Shown piece by piece: positions 1-11,200 of a stretch of DNA of 64,000 nucleotides. Origin of the DNA: Podarcis erhardii (taxonomy: Eukaryota); assembly GCA_964252035.1 (NCBI GenBank), contig OZ176205.1. One strand, 5' to 3'. A program made the translations under genes and the position numbers. Positions within the stretch are counted from its first letter, which is position 1; every line of letters begins with the position of its first letter. Below the pieces are notes generated by a model. It was given only the letters and a program-made list of their open reading frames with translations, was not told the origin of the DNA and searched no databases.

Positions 1-1372
1 CCTGGCTCTGCCCATGGCCCATGCATGAGGAGCTGTGCGGATCCCAGCCCTGACTGGTTCAGAGGACTGTGTCCTGGCTTGGAGGAGCTGTCTGCCTCCT
101 TTGTGGGGATGCGGGAAAGGCCAAGACTACACCTTCGCCTTGCCCCAGCCTTTGGCTGAAGCCCACCTCCTGATCACTAGTCAGTTCTCCACAGTGCCCT
201 TCACAGGTTGGGGAGGAAGTGTGAGTGTGTCATGGTGCCTGGCGCAGCGCTTAGGGGTCCTGGGCACAGCCAAGCCCCACTCCTGGCTGGAAGGCACTGA
301 GAGCAGAGAAACCTTGTGCAGGTTCTTGAACCTCCCTATCCTCTCCCAGAACTTTTCACAAAGCGGCATCCCTTAAGGATCCCGGAAGTACAGTACAGGT
401 AGTTGTTTTCCTTTCCTCTCAGTGTGCAAGAGTGCCGTTTGAGCCTTCCTTCCAGGGGGTGGCCTGGCCTTACGACAAATGCCAGCTCACAAGGTGTCCA
501 GGTGGTTCACTCGTGCCCAGCTGAGGAGAAGCTCTTCCAAAGGAGAAGCTCTCATGGGCCTGGCCACTGCCCACCTCCATTCATGGCTTGGTGCTGTCCC
601 CCTGCTGGGCCCTGGGTGTCACTTCTGGCTCCAGTAACACAGGGGTGTTTTATACAAAACCCTCATTAGAATACTTGAGTGCTTCCTGGGTTAGTGTGAC
701 AGGTAGCCTGTCTGTCAAGGGACAACAGGTCATTCTTCCTAGCAGTGTTTGCTCTTCTGTCTGTGAATGGGGAATATTGGTTGGGCAGTGTGTGCTTCAT
801 TTCTCAGCAAGGGTGGAATCAAAATGGCATGGTTCGGCCTACTCTCTGGTGTGGGCTAGCTCCTCTTTTTTACAGGCACCGATGGGCCTATGGCCATGGC
901 TACAGAACAGAGGAAGGTGAAGTTGGCTTCTTGCTGCCTGTCCCCTACCTCTCACCTCCAACCCACTTACCCCATACCAACCCTCACTCACCAATCAACC
1001 TTCCCGCCATCTGCCAGGCAACCTGCCGTTGACCACTCATCGTGCCCTCTTTGTCAAGCTGCCATCTGCCACCACCTGAGGCCAGGCCCCTGGGTCCGAC
1101 CGTCTGCTCATGACACATGGTGGCCGTGTGCCTAATTCCTGGAGCTAGGAAGCTGCTGGTGTCCCTCATCTCTGGTTATGGTGCCTGGCAGGTAGAATCT
1201 CCTGCGCCGGTCCACTTTGGGATGGCAGCTGGGCCAGGCTTGAAGCCAGGCACCAGCGTGTTGCACAGCCCAGGTGTTGGTGACTTTTGTACATTTGAAT
1301 GTTTTGATCCCTTTTCAAGCCTATGGTGAATGCAGCACTGGTCACTACGATCAGACTTTTGTATTCAATAAA
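1..1372 (+). other. Probable 3' UTR of an upstream gene (B4GALT2 expected by synteny)
   Basis: No coding exon recognisable; ends in AATAAA at 1367-1372. Human order is B4GALT2(+)-CCDC24(+)-SLC6A9(-). Identity is inferred from synteny only. Confidence 0.3.
1367..1372 (+). terminator. Candidate polyadenylation signal AATAAA of the upstream gene
   Basis: gtattcAATAAAgtttc. Confidence 0.4.
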
Positions 1373-1623
1373 GTTTCAAAACTTGGGAGACTCCTTGCCT
1401 ATGGGATTCAGGTGGGGTCTGTGGATAGAGGCAACACTGCAGGTTTATGCAATCTATCTTGGCAAGGTACAAAATTAAGAATTAAATTAGTTTCCAAATG
1501 AATGGCACCTCATTGTGCTTCCCCAACATGTTTGTTTAAAGCAGGGACTGGGTTTTCTGGCCCAGGAAACTCTGGGCGTAGTTACTCAGCCCAGAAGACG
1601 AGAGAACTATTCTACAAGGTTCT

Positions 1624-1629
1624 TTTATT
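1624..1629 (-). terminator. Candidate polyadenylation signal (AATAAA) of the VWC-domain gene
   Basis: TTTATT on + strand, ~470 bp downstream of the TGA at 2098-2100. Confidence 0.5.
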
Positions 1630-1734
1630 GATGCTCACACACAGAGAAAAACTGTTAAATAGTAGCAAAAGATGCTATGTTTAGTTGAAGCTGGAGTGGG
1701 AATGTGGTGGTGGTTGGTGGGTGATTCCCTAAAT

Positions 1735-1857
1735 CATATGGGGAACCTCTAGCTCTCAAGATGTGGCTAAATTATTCCTAACCATTAGCCACGCTGGCTA
1801 CAGCTGATGGGAGCTGGGAGTCCAACTATATCTGAATGGCCACAGGTTGCCCACCCA
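1735..1857. mobile_element. hAT-type MITE in the 3' UTR of the VWC gene
   Basis: Palindromic core, degenerate GGGAACC...GGTTGCCC termini; flanks CCCTAAAT (1727-1734) / TCCTAAAT (1858-1865). Confidence 0.55.
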
Positions 1858-2097
1858 TCCTAAATAAAATGGGCTTTCTCATATGAGCTACTCCCCTGTG
1901 TAATAACTCTAGACATTGTCAAGGGAAAGGGGGTAGATCTGGAAAGGGGTCTGCGACTGGCAATTGCTTATGTGTATGGTTGAAGGAGTTGGGCCAGGGC
2001 TGGGTGTAAGGGCACACTAGGGCTTGTCTGGGTAAGCAGAAGCCTTGCAGGTGCTGAAGAATGGCTGGCCCAGGAATTGTTTGGTGTTTGGAGCAGC

Positions 2098-2282
2098 TCA
2101 GGTGTGATGTGCACCTGTAGCCCGGCATCCCCGTAGCCGCTCACATTTAGCTAAGCGGTTTCCTTCCCAGTAACCGGCGTCCTGGCCATCATGACAGCGG
2201 CAACGGGTGCAGGGCCCCACCCATATGCTCTCCCCAGCAGGAATTACATGTTGCTGGCTCCCATCCACGTAGCAGTTGGGCC
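2098..2282 (-). CDS. VWC-family gene, last coding exon (GPNCYVDG...GAHHT*)
   Basis: Acceptor ctctccacAG at 2283-2285, TGA at 2098-2100, 185 bp. Confidence 0.9.
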
Positions 2283-5200
2283 CTGTGGAGAGACATGTCC
2301 ATGTATTAGAGTCTGCCATTGTTTGCAGAAGTCTCATCATGACTTTTAGAAGCAGAAATGGCAAGCAGTTTAAGAGTACATGTGTAGGTGGGGGCAACCC
2401 AGCCAGATGGGCGGGGTATAAATAATAAAATTATAAATTATTATTACTCCAGCCTTGCACCCCTATCCTCTACCGGGAGCTCACCTAGTGCCTGTTCGTC
2501 CACAGGTTCTGTGCTACAGGCTGCTTTTGTACCAGGAGGACATTTTTCATTTTGGGGGGAGCCCCTCTTCTAACACTAGGGCCAAACACCTGCCAAATCC
2601 TTCAAGATGAGGTGGGGGCTACCAGGTGTCCCACCATCATTTCTAAGTAGGAGGCTTCCTGTTCAGTTAAGCAACCTTGTGTCTGGTCAGCTTGGCCCAA
2701 TTCCTCTCACTTCCCTGCTCCAGTAGGACAGGGGCCCTGAACAGCGAGGGAGACAAAGTTCTCTCCCCCTTCTGGACAGCTTGAAGTGGAACACTTGTCC
2801 CTTGCTGTGAAGGTGTGTCTTTCTCACCGTCCTCACAGGTGGGGCAGCAGTGGCCCTTCTCGTAGACTGGATTGACACAGGGCGGAGGGGCGCAGTCTGC
2901 CACTAGGCAACGAGCGATGCCATCTAGGTCACAGGTACACTGCTCACACTCTGAGGGCTGTGAGAGACAAATATTGGTCAATAGAGCAAGGCAGCTTTAC
3001 GTGGACAGCACACGGTTATGATGATGATGATGCAGCTCCAGAACTATTTTGCATCAGTGGTGCAGAAGCTTATTCTTTTCTGAGAATTGCATTCCCTTGG
3101 GAATCTGTTCAGAATTGCATGCCAGTGGTGTGCTGGTCCAGAGTCAAAGTGGGTAGGGCACCTCGTCTGCTACCCTGTTTCCCTCCCCCTTTTCCTCCTA
3201 ATGAAATTAGGCTGAGAGAAATAGGTTACCCATCCACCCCACACCACCAGGTTGCAGAATTGACTGGATTTTGCAGTTCCAGAATGAATTAGTCATGTCT
3301 TCTGTCTGTAACTTGCAAAAAGAGATGTGTGTATGCAAGCAGGTGGGAAACTCATGCCTCAGATACTTAATTGGATTAGGCTCCTGGCTGCATCTTTGCT
3401 TACCTGTATCTGTGCTTTAAGCTTCAGGGGAGGGGGTGATCCCAAAAGAAATATAAGGCCCATCATCTTCCTTTTTTTGTAATGTGTGAAGAAGCATTCC
3501 AAACTGAATGCATAGCCATGGCAGTACTGGGATTATACCATCAGATGGCACTATCAATCAAGAATTGATAGATAATGAGGGATGAAAAGCTTCTGTCCCA
3601 ATCTCCCTTGACTTTGTGTATCTTGTCAGCTCTGGTCAACTCAAGATTACTCTCAAATAATCATGTGGCTGGCCACTGGGAAAATTGACTGGTCATAAGA
3701 AAATGTTGAATAGAGAAAACTGTGAGTGAGTGAGAGATTGTCCCCAGTAGCACAGAACCATCAAGGATCCCAATATGTTAAAAAGGCCCATGAATGTGTT
3801 TTGGAACCCATTAACCAATCAAGCTCCTCCTTAAAATATCCAGCAAAGGATACTGAAGTCATTTTCAGCACCTCACCTCTCATTGCCTTCTCACTTGCAA
3901 AACATGAGGTAATTCTAGCCAAGCCACATGCTTTTGTTCTCTGCCCTAAGGGGAAAGGTCCAAGATTCTACCTTCTGTCAAATTCCCTCCCTCCTGAACT
4001 AATAGATTGGTTGTCTGATTTCACACCTTCAGGGTGGGTGATGATAAAGACTGGGCTCCACTGAAGTTCAAGTGGTTGCAAATAAAAACATTGGTCACTT
4101 GTTCTAGATCACTCGTCACAATACTTTAAAACAACAAAGCTGGAAGATGGCATCAACATTTAACACCAAAAATCATATCTTAATGATGTAATTGTCCATG
4201 ATCATCTTTATAACTCCAGGGAAGGAGATTGCACAACTTCACTGGCAAGTTGATATCTTGTTCTTACTACAAACCTGCAGTACAAAGGAAAGTGTTTACC
4301 CTTCCTAATTACAGGACTTTTCTCTCTCTAGGTCTACAGCACTTGTCTTGCTTGTAGGCAAATGCAAGATAACCTAGTTCCAGGAGGTGCTGGGAAGCAG
4401 CCCTATATTATTGTATCCACCACCCAGATGTTCTGGACCTAGAGCAAAATGGCCATCCCTAGTAAAGAACTGAGAAGCTTTGACTGAGCAAAGTATTTTA
4501 GGGCAAGTTAGGCCCCAGCTAAATGGTTCTGGATAATCAAAAGCTTGCTTGCTATTATATGATATTTTGGTTGGCCATAATAAAGTTATTATTTGGGGGG
4601 AAATTATGGCTCAATATGGCTTTGCAGAAAGCATTTACTTTCTGTGTACCTTTCAATAGAATTTTGTGTTTGGGTAAATGGGACAGGCCAAGAGATAAGT
4701 CATCAAACAGACACACAATAATTTGGTGTTTAGCTAACGGATAATTCACCTAGGAAGAACCCCAATGCCCATTCTTTGACTATATGTAGCAACTGGTCCT
4801 TTCTTCATCAATACACTTATTTTTTGCAAACACTCAATTCATGCTATCCAAAGAGGCATGGAGCCCAGGAATGGAGGGCTTTGATCTTCCACCTGCAGCC
4901 TCAGGGCCAGAATTTGACTCCCTTCGGCTAGTGCAGGCGTAGTGCCAAAAATACTCCTTTCCGAACCCACCCTCAATTGTCCAAGTCAGCCATGCTAGAG
5001 ATTGTTTGGTCTGACTCAAGTCCTAAAATAAACTACACACATTTTTGGCAGCAACAGACAATAGCCAGAAGCAAGGTCTGAACAGGTCAATGTCAGGCCT
5101 AAGAAATGGATGAAAATGAAATTCAATTAGTCAAAGGATGCTCAGCTAGGTACTACAGCCAATAAAATTGCCTTCTGAATTATTGGTTTTATGGGAACAT

Positions 5201-5916
5201 CTTAAGAGCACCTCCAGCTTCATAGAGCACTTTTGATTTGGTGCTTCTCGCCCACTTTGGAAAAATGCAATTTATTAGTTTTGTTTGTATTTTCTTTTGC
5301 TTCAGCCAGTAATGAACAAACTATAAAGACACAGCGTTCCTGCTTCCAGTCTCTTACTCTCCTGCCTAGGCCTCCCTTTCAGAACAAGATTTAAGAAACA
5401 GAAGGGACTGCTTGAGATTCTTTTTCAGGAGCGTTCGCTTTTTCTCCTGCTTTTGAATATCCTCACTTTGCCCATCCATCACCTATTCATCCCTGCCCAC
5501 CTCACTCTAGATTCCTTCTCATGCCACCCCTTTGCCTAATTCTCCCTTGAATGCCTTACCTGGAAATGCTGCCCCAGCTCATACACTTGTCCACGGTGCT
5601 CACAGCCAACCCTTTCGCAGCGTGGGCAGCAGTCGCTGGGGTAGTGGCTGACGTGAATGCAGGCAGGTGGCAGAGCGGTGCAGTCCGTGCGGGCGCAGGC
5701 GGGCCCCTCCGCTGTGCACTCGCACTGGGTGCAGTGGTCACTGTCCAGGAAATACCACTCCCCAACATAGTACAGGCTCCCGTTGGCATCGCACGTGGTC
5801 ACTGGCCCTGCCAGTCCTGGGATGGGCACCAGAGTCAGCAGCAGCAGCAGCAGCGCTAAGCTCAGCTGTGCCAACGGAAAGGGCATCGCTGAACTCGAGG
5901 GACAGATGCCGGGCAT
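2098..5916 (-). CDS. Secreted von Willebrand factor C domain protein, Brorin (VWC2/VWC2L) family paralog; join(5560..5916,2828..2957,2098..2282); 223 aa from ATG 5916 or 213 aa from ATG 5886
   Basis: Signal peptide (LSLALLLLLLTLVPIPGLAG), two complete 10-Cys VWC domains and a truncated 6-Cys third repeat. GT-AG introns in phase 0 (FQ|PSEC) and phase 1 (DG|PNC). Motifs PSxCExCxC, CxVADCAxPxCVNPVYExxxCCPxC and GPNC...IPAG are shared with VWC2/VWC2L. Confidence 0.93.
2388..2446 (+). mobile_element. L2-type LINE 3' tail fragment
   Basis: ggggcaacccagccagatgggcggggtataaataat.. matches the tail at 7010-7097. Confidence 0.7.
2828..2957 (-). CDS. VWC-family gene, middle coding exon (PSECEQC...CCPTCEDG)
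   Basis: Acceptor tctctcacAG, donor G|GTGAGA, 130 bp, phase 0 to 1. Confidence 0.93.
5560..5916 (-). CDS. VWC-family gene, first coding exon (signal peptide, VWC1, start of VWC2)
   Basis: In-frame ATGs at 5916 and 5886; donor CAG|GTAAGG at 5560/5559. Confidence 0.92.
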
Positions 5917-6850
5917 GGGAGTTGGCGAGAGGGAGGAGCAGAGCAGCAGCAGCAGCAGTAGGGAAGCGAAGCGGAGGAGAGCTGGCGGGGAAAGTGGGCA
6001 TCCAGTCCGCTCCAATGCCGCCCGCGGGGTTGCCTGCTGAAGCTGCGGCTAAGAACCGCCCTGGCGTGCCTCGGCCTTTGTGCAGCCGCCGCCCGGCCCG
6101 GTCCGCCCCTTCTTGCAACCCGAGCCCGCCCAGGGGCACAACACCCCCTCCCCAACCGAGCGGGCGGGACCGGGGCGGTGGGAGGGACCTGGCCCCCTAT
6201 CTGCACCTCAGGAAAAGCCTGCTAAGAAAAGTCCACTGTGCTCCCTCTCCTAACCCCTCGAACACTCATCCGGGCAGCGAATGCTGCGTCTCCCCAGTTC
6301 CCAGTCTCCGCGGCCTCCAAAACACGCGCGGCGCTGGATCTCTCCCCCCCCCCCCATTCCTAGGAACATTAATGGGCAAAGAAAGAAGTTTCTCAATACT
6401 GTACTGTTGCCAAAGCGTAAAGCCAGTGGGACCCCTTCCGGATGAAAACTGGCCGACGTGTGGCTGCTCTTTACCTCCGATTGCTTGGGTGCAAGCGCGG
6501 GCGCACCAAGAGCTTCAACGCACACGCTTCCTTCCCCCGGGACCCCCGTCTCCACGCTCGACCGACATCCTGTCTGCCTCGTGGGCACGGCTCCTTTAAG
6601 AGGCGAGACTTCAGAGGAACGCGGCGGGGCGTTTCCATGGAGACGGCGAGTTTATATTCCAGAGAGTTAGAGGTTGGAGGGGGCTCGGATAGGGCAAGAC
6701 GCCTGGCCCTCTGCCCCTCCGCCCGGTGTCGCAGGTGAGGGCTACCGCAGAGTTATGTCCGTGAGTCCGTAGTGAGTGAGGAAGTGTGGGGAGAGTAAAA
6801 GGTCTGGGGCGGAAGTGGGCTCGGGGGGCCGAGACGTAGGTGAGTTAAGC
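5600..6850. promoter_or_regulatory. CpG island / probable bidirectional promoter of the VWC gene and CCDC24
   Basis: Only long CpG-dense stretch in a CpG-depleted window; GC boxes (6162-6176, 6806-6811), ETS-like GGAAGT (6811-6816), G4-prone GGGCGGGACCGGGGCGGTGGGAGGG (6162-6186). Confidence 0.8.
6600..6839 (+). other. CCDC24: Candidate non-coding first exon of CCDC24 (start approximate)
   Basis: Strong donors AG|GTGAGT (6839/6840) and CAG|GTGAGG (6734/6735) at the island edge; the ATG exon has an acceptor at 8075/8076, so an upstream exon is needed. Confidence 0.4.
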
Positions 6851-6902
6851 ACTGGGGAGCAACTATGGGGAGGGATAATGGGCAATAGGTTACATTTGGG
6901 GC

Positions 6903-7053
6903 TATAAACAACTACCTGACATTCAGAAGACATCTGAAGGCAGTCCTGTTCAGGGAAGTTTTTAATGTGTGACATTTTAATGTATTTTTAATCTTTGTTG
7001 GAAGCCGCCCAGAGTGGCTGGGGAAACCCAGCAAGATGGGCGGGGTACAAATA

Positions 7054-7097
<44 letters not shown>
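6903..7097 (+). mobile_element. 5'-truncated L2 LINE 3' end with (TAA)n tail
   Basis: Encodes INNYLTFRRHLKAVLFREVFNV* (L2 ORF2 C-terminus), then 3' UTR and (AAT)n at 7054-7097. Confidence 0.85.
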
Positions 7098-7100
<3 letters not shown>

Positions 7101-8107
7101 CGATTAACGGGAATTAGTATGACTCTCGAGGTTAATGTGAAGGGATGAGTTTGGTATATGGAGAGCAAGAAAAATTATATGCTCTTATACTCTGGTGGCC
7201 CACGTGGGAGAAAGGTGAGTGCAAGTAACATGATTTGTAGACAGTAGTGCAACTCAGGGGGAAAGTACAGAGCACCACAAAAATGGGGTGCCTCAAATGG
7301 CCATCTAGAGAGTGTCAGGTGATGGAGTCAGGAACAAACGACCTGTGGCAGCACCTGGGCTGTCATGGGCATGTTGTGGTCTATTGGCACTGATGGTAGT
7401 CACAGCGGCATCCTTGTTTTCTACAACAGTTTTAGTCAGAGGGTGGTTAGCCAGACATGTACATGGCACTCAATTCTATTTTTTACTTTTATTTTCATCC
7501 TTGGTGCCCCCCCCCCAATAAACGTGTCTAACATCAGGGCAGCAGAAGCAAATTCCATTGTATTCCTGTAATGCTAGTGCTATGACTTAAGTGAGTTTAG
7601 AATGTGAAACTGTACATGCTCAGAGTATTTCACAACCATTTATCTATTGTGCTAATGTATCAGGAATGTAGGAGCAGTTATAAAACATGGGAATGGCTTA
7701 ACTGACAACTGACAAATGTAATATGTGTGGCTGTCTAATGGGAGAGGTGTGTAAAACCATGGATGTGGCCAGGATTTTAGTTGGGGAGGGACAAAGTTGT
7801 TGAGCTTTTCTTGGGAAATCATGGGTGAAAATACATCATAAATAGGACATTGCGGGGGGCCAGGCTTCTGTTGGGGGGGCCAGAACCTCAGATAATTGAA
7901 TACTTTCAATGGTTTTCAATATTTGTGAATCTTGGGAGGACAGCAGCCCATGTGCAAAAGCATTAAGTTCAGTGTCTAAAATTACCTAGGTGCACCATTG
8001 CATGTTGCACCAAGTAGTTGTGATGTGGAGCTTCTACTCACTGTCTCATTGGCACAATCTTTTTTTCCTTTAAAGCCTCATTTATCGTGGAATCGGATAC
8101 AGCACCC

Positions 8108-8263
8108 ATGTTGCCCTTGACTGGTGCATCTGGGGAATCCCTGCAGTCCGTACCATCACTCTGGACAATGGTAGAGGAACAATTAGCACCCAGTGAGAGG
8201 CTTGAGGCGAAAGCTATCTTGGGTCATGGCCTTGTGGAACGGAGCTTGGAACTTCATGCTGAG
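8108..8263 (+). CDS. CCDC24: CCDC24 coding exon 1 (exon starts at 8076)
   Basis: Acceptor ttttttcctttaaAG 8075, ATG 8108, donor GAG|GTTAAG. Confidence 0.85.
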
Positions 8264-11200
8264 GTTAAGTACCAAAATACTGGATCTCCTATTCAAAATG
8301 ATTCACAAAAGAGCAGAACAAATAAACCACCTCTCTTACTACACAATTTAGAAGTGGCTGGTGAGTGGTGACAAAGGGATATCTGAATAAAGCATCAAAT
8401 CTAGAGGCAGCACTAATTTTGTAAGGGGATTTGACTGATGAAAGGGTCCGCCTTTCATGTCTATAGATTGAGTGGAGTGGACAGTGCTAAAATTGAGTGG
8501 AGCTAAGGGAGGGCTTATAAATTGTATTAAGCCCCCTTCCACTGAGCAATGGCCACTAGTTTTGGCATACATGCATTTTCATATAGAGTAGCATTCATGT
8601 GTATGATAATCTTGTATGGAGAAAACCTCTGGTTTGCCACTTACATCTGCTTTGAGTGCTGTTTAATTTAAGTGAAAGGAAAGCATATCTGAGAAGGCAA
8701 GTCAAGGAGGGGATAAAATATTGCAACCACCCCCTCCCTATTTGACAAGGTCCCCATTTGCCAGCTCCCAGCTCAGCTGGTTCCTAATGCTTGGCCAGAG
8801 CCCCTAATCCATGCTATTCCAGGCCCTTTGTTCTCCTCCAGCCATTCATGCCCTTTCTTTATTCAGCATGGTCCTGACTGCAGCTGAGAAGAACAGTAAA
8901 CATCCCAGAGGCTTTTCACATGGTAATTGCCTTACCTCCTCCTGAAACCAGAAGAGCAAGCACAGCACACCCTGACAAGATGGCACCTTTTTCACTCTAG
9001 CAGTTCTTCATGTTAGAGCTTTGCTTGAGATCCAGCCCCCCATTGTGATTAGTGACCCCTCCCCAGCCTTTATGGGGTCTCTCACCTCGCTGTCTATTAC
9101 CTCTTCATCACAAGCCTGATAAATGTAGCCCAGGTACTGCCTGTCTCCCTGCTGTGTTCTTGCATGTGTCTCCGCTCCCCTCCCCAATTGGATATCTGAG
9201 AGGCCGCCCAGGGAAGCAGCTGTACCATAACGTTCCTCTTGTGGATGTGTGGGGCCAGAAAGGGAGTTCTGGCGCTCGCCTGCCTTACAAATATCCTGCA
9301 GATATTTTTGCGGCATGACCTTGACTTTCCTCATGGGGGGAGGGAGAGAATGATTGTGGGTGGGCTGTCTGCAGCTTTGCACCTTTTATGGAGTGTACAG
9401 ACAGCAACAAAGTAGTGCCCTCTTGCCAGCTACATTGGAATGACAGTGTCCTGGCTGGTGTTCTTATCTTCTGCAGGCAACTTTGCCCACTTTCTGCAAA
9501 AGAGTTGTGTTTTTTTAAACCTAAAAACTTCACTCTTAATCCTAAAATACACTTCACATAAACTAATAGCCTCATAGTCTGTTCCCAGTCTTTGGGGAGA
9601 TGCAACGTTTTACTGAATTCAGTGTGCTCTCACACACATTTATCACATTTGAGGCATCTTTTATTCCCTTGATGCATGACATACTTCCAAAAAGTTGTCA
9701 GTTCCCTGACTGTGGCCTTTATGAAATGTAATTGTCTACCATCAGGTGAGTAATTAACCCATGGCTAGGTATTGGTTTTCTTTTCTTGCAGGCAGGCACC
9801 TGGCTTGATTTCCAGGTGTGCAGAATAGCAGTACTGGGAATGGGAGTGCAACTTGTATTTTTAGGTTGTGTCAGTGCTTCATCATTTGGGGAGGTGGAGG
9901 GTGGGGGAAAGATTACTTTGAGAAAATTACTGCAGTTTGTGTCAATGTGCACATGTGTGAATTTCTGCATGTGGCAATGCACTGTCCCTAATGCAGTCCA
10001 ACCCCTTTCCTATTTACAGGTGCGGACACTGTTGGAATTACATCAGGAGTTGCAGTCAGGCCGCCTTGGAGTGGAGCAAAGCCCACTGCAAGCAGATGAC
10101 AGCTGGGCCTTGCTGGCAGCTCCCCCCAACCTCAAGGAGCTGGTGAGGGAGGAGATCCGCCTTCTTCTAATTGGCCTACAGCAGAAGGCATCGCAGGAGG
10201 GCAGGTACTGGAGATTGGAAGAGAAGGGACTTGAGAGAATTAAGGGCTGAGTTGAGGGGGAGCAGGTAGTAGGGATAGAAGAAAAGCAAGCAGAATATCT
10301 TAGGACCTGGAGCCTATTTGATATAAAAATGAGCCCATTAGTTTCCAACTGATGTGGCTGGTGGTATTTATGTGTGCGGAATGGGTGAGTTTTATATCAT
10401 CTTTTGGCCAAAGCAGTCTAGATTGAGGAAGCCATAACTATTTGTTATGAGAGGCTTAGAGTTTCATGGGACAAATCAGTTAGGAGGCTAGACAATAACC
10501 TGAATGTCTCTCTTAACAAGAACAGGATGAGGGAAACCTCTGATTCCACGCAGATATAAATAAGTCCAGTGCCACCTAGTGACTAAACTATATATTTACA
10601 CTATTGACACAGTATTCTTTCTCCCTTTGTCTTCTAAGGGTGACTGTTCCAGAAATGCTTACTAGGAAATATCAGCTCCAATGCAATTTAATTGGCAGTT
10701 CCAGTATAGTTTCAACATGATTGCCGCTCGGATGGCCAATGTCCAGCAAAAATAACCTGTACCAAACATATGTTTGCACCACACACCTCCATCTGTAACT
10801 TGCGCTCCCATTCAAGTGCAGCTTGTCAGTTTGTGTGTCTCTCTAGTCTTTTTTATCTGTAGAATTAATTCCAGCCTTACATTCCCATTCTTTGGGTCTC
10901 AATCATATAACCTTTGTCATTCCCACTTAGCTCCCTTACATCATGCAGGAATTGCATTGCTGAGCGCCTCTATCAAGAATGCCAGTCCTGCTAGTGCGTT
11001 TGTTTTTTATGGTGTGTTCAGTCCATAGCCTGAGGCTGGGATTATGTTCCACCTCCAAGTTCAAAGTGAGCATTCATCCAAGTGAGCACTGGGATCAGCA
11101 CCTGCTGGAACCCTTGCCTGAGGATTTGCTCCCTGCCTTAGCCCTGTGTAACCAATGAATAGCTCAGTGAAGGCACGGATTAGAACAGGCTGGCTAGTAA

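Noticed and set aside
5536-6015. ORF-track start MERTG.. for the VWC gene
   Set aside because: The codon at 6015 is TTG, not ATG; the first in-frame ATGs are 5916 and 5886 (kept only as a non-AUG hypothesis)
5667-6599. 310-aa minus-strand ORF and other long ORFs over the CpG island
   Set aside because: Stop-poor GC-rich sequence; low-complexity P/R/A/G product; overlaps the real VWC exon in another frame
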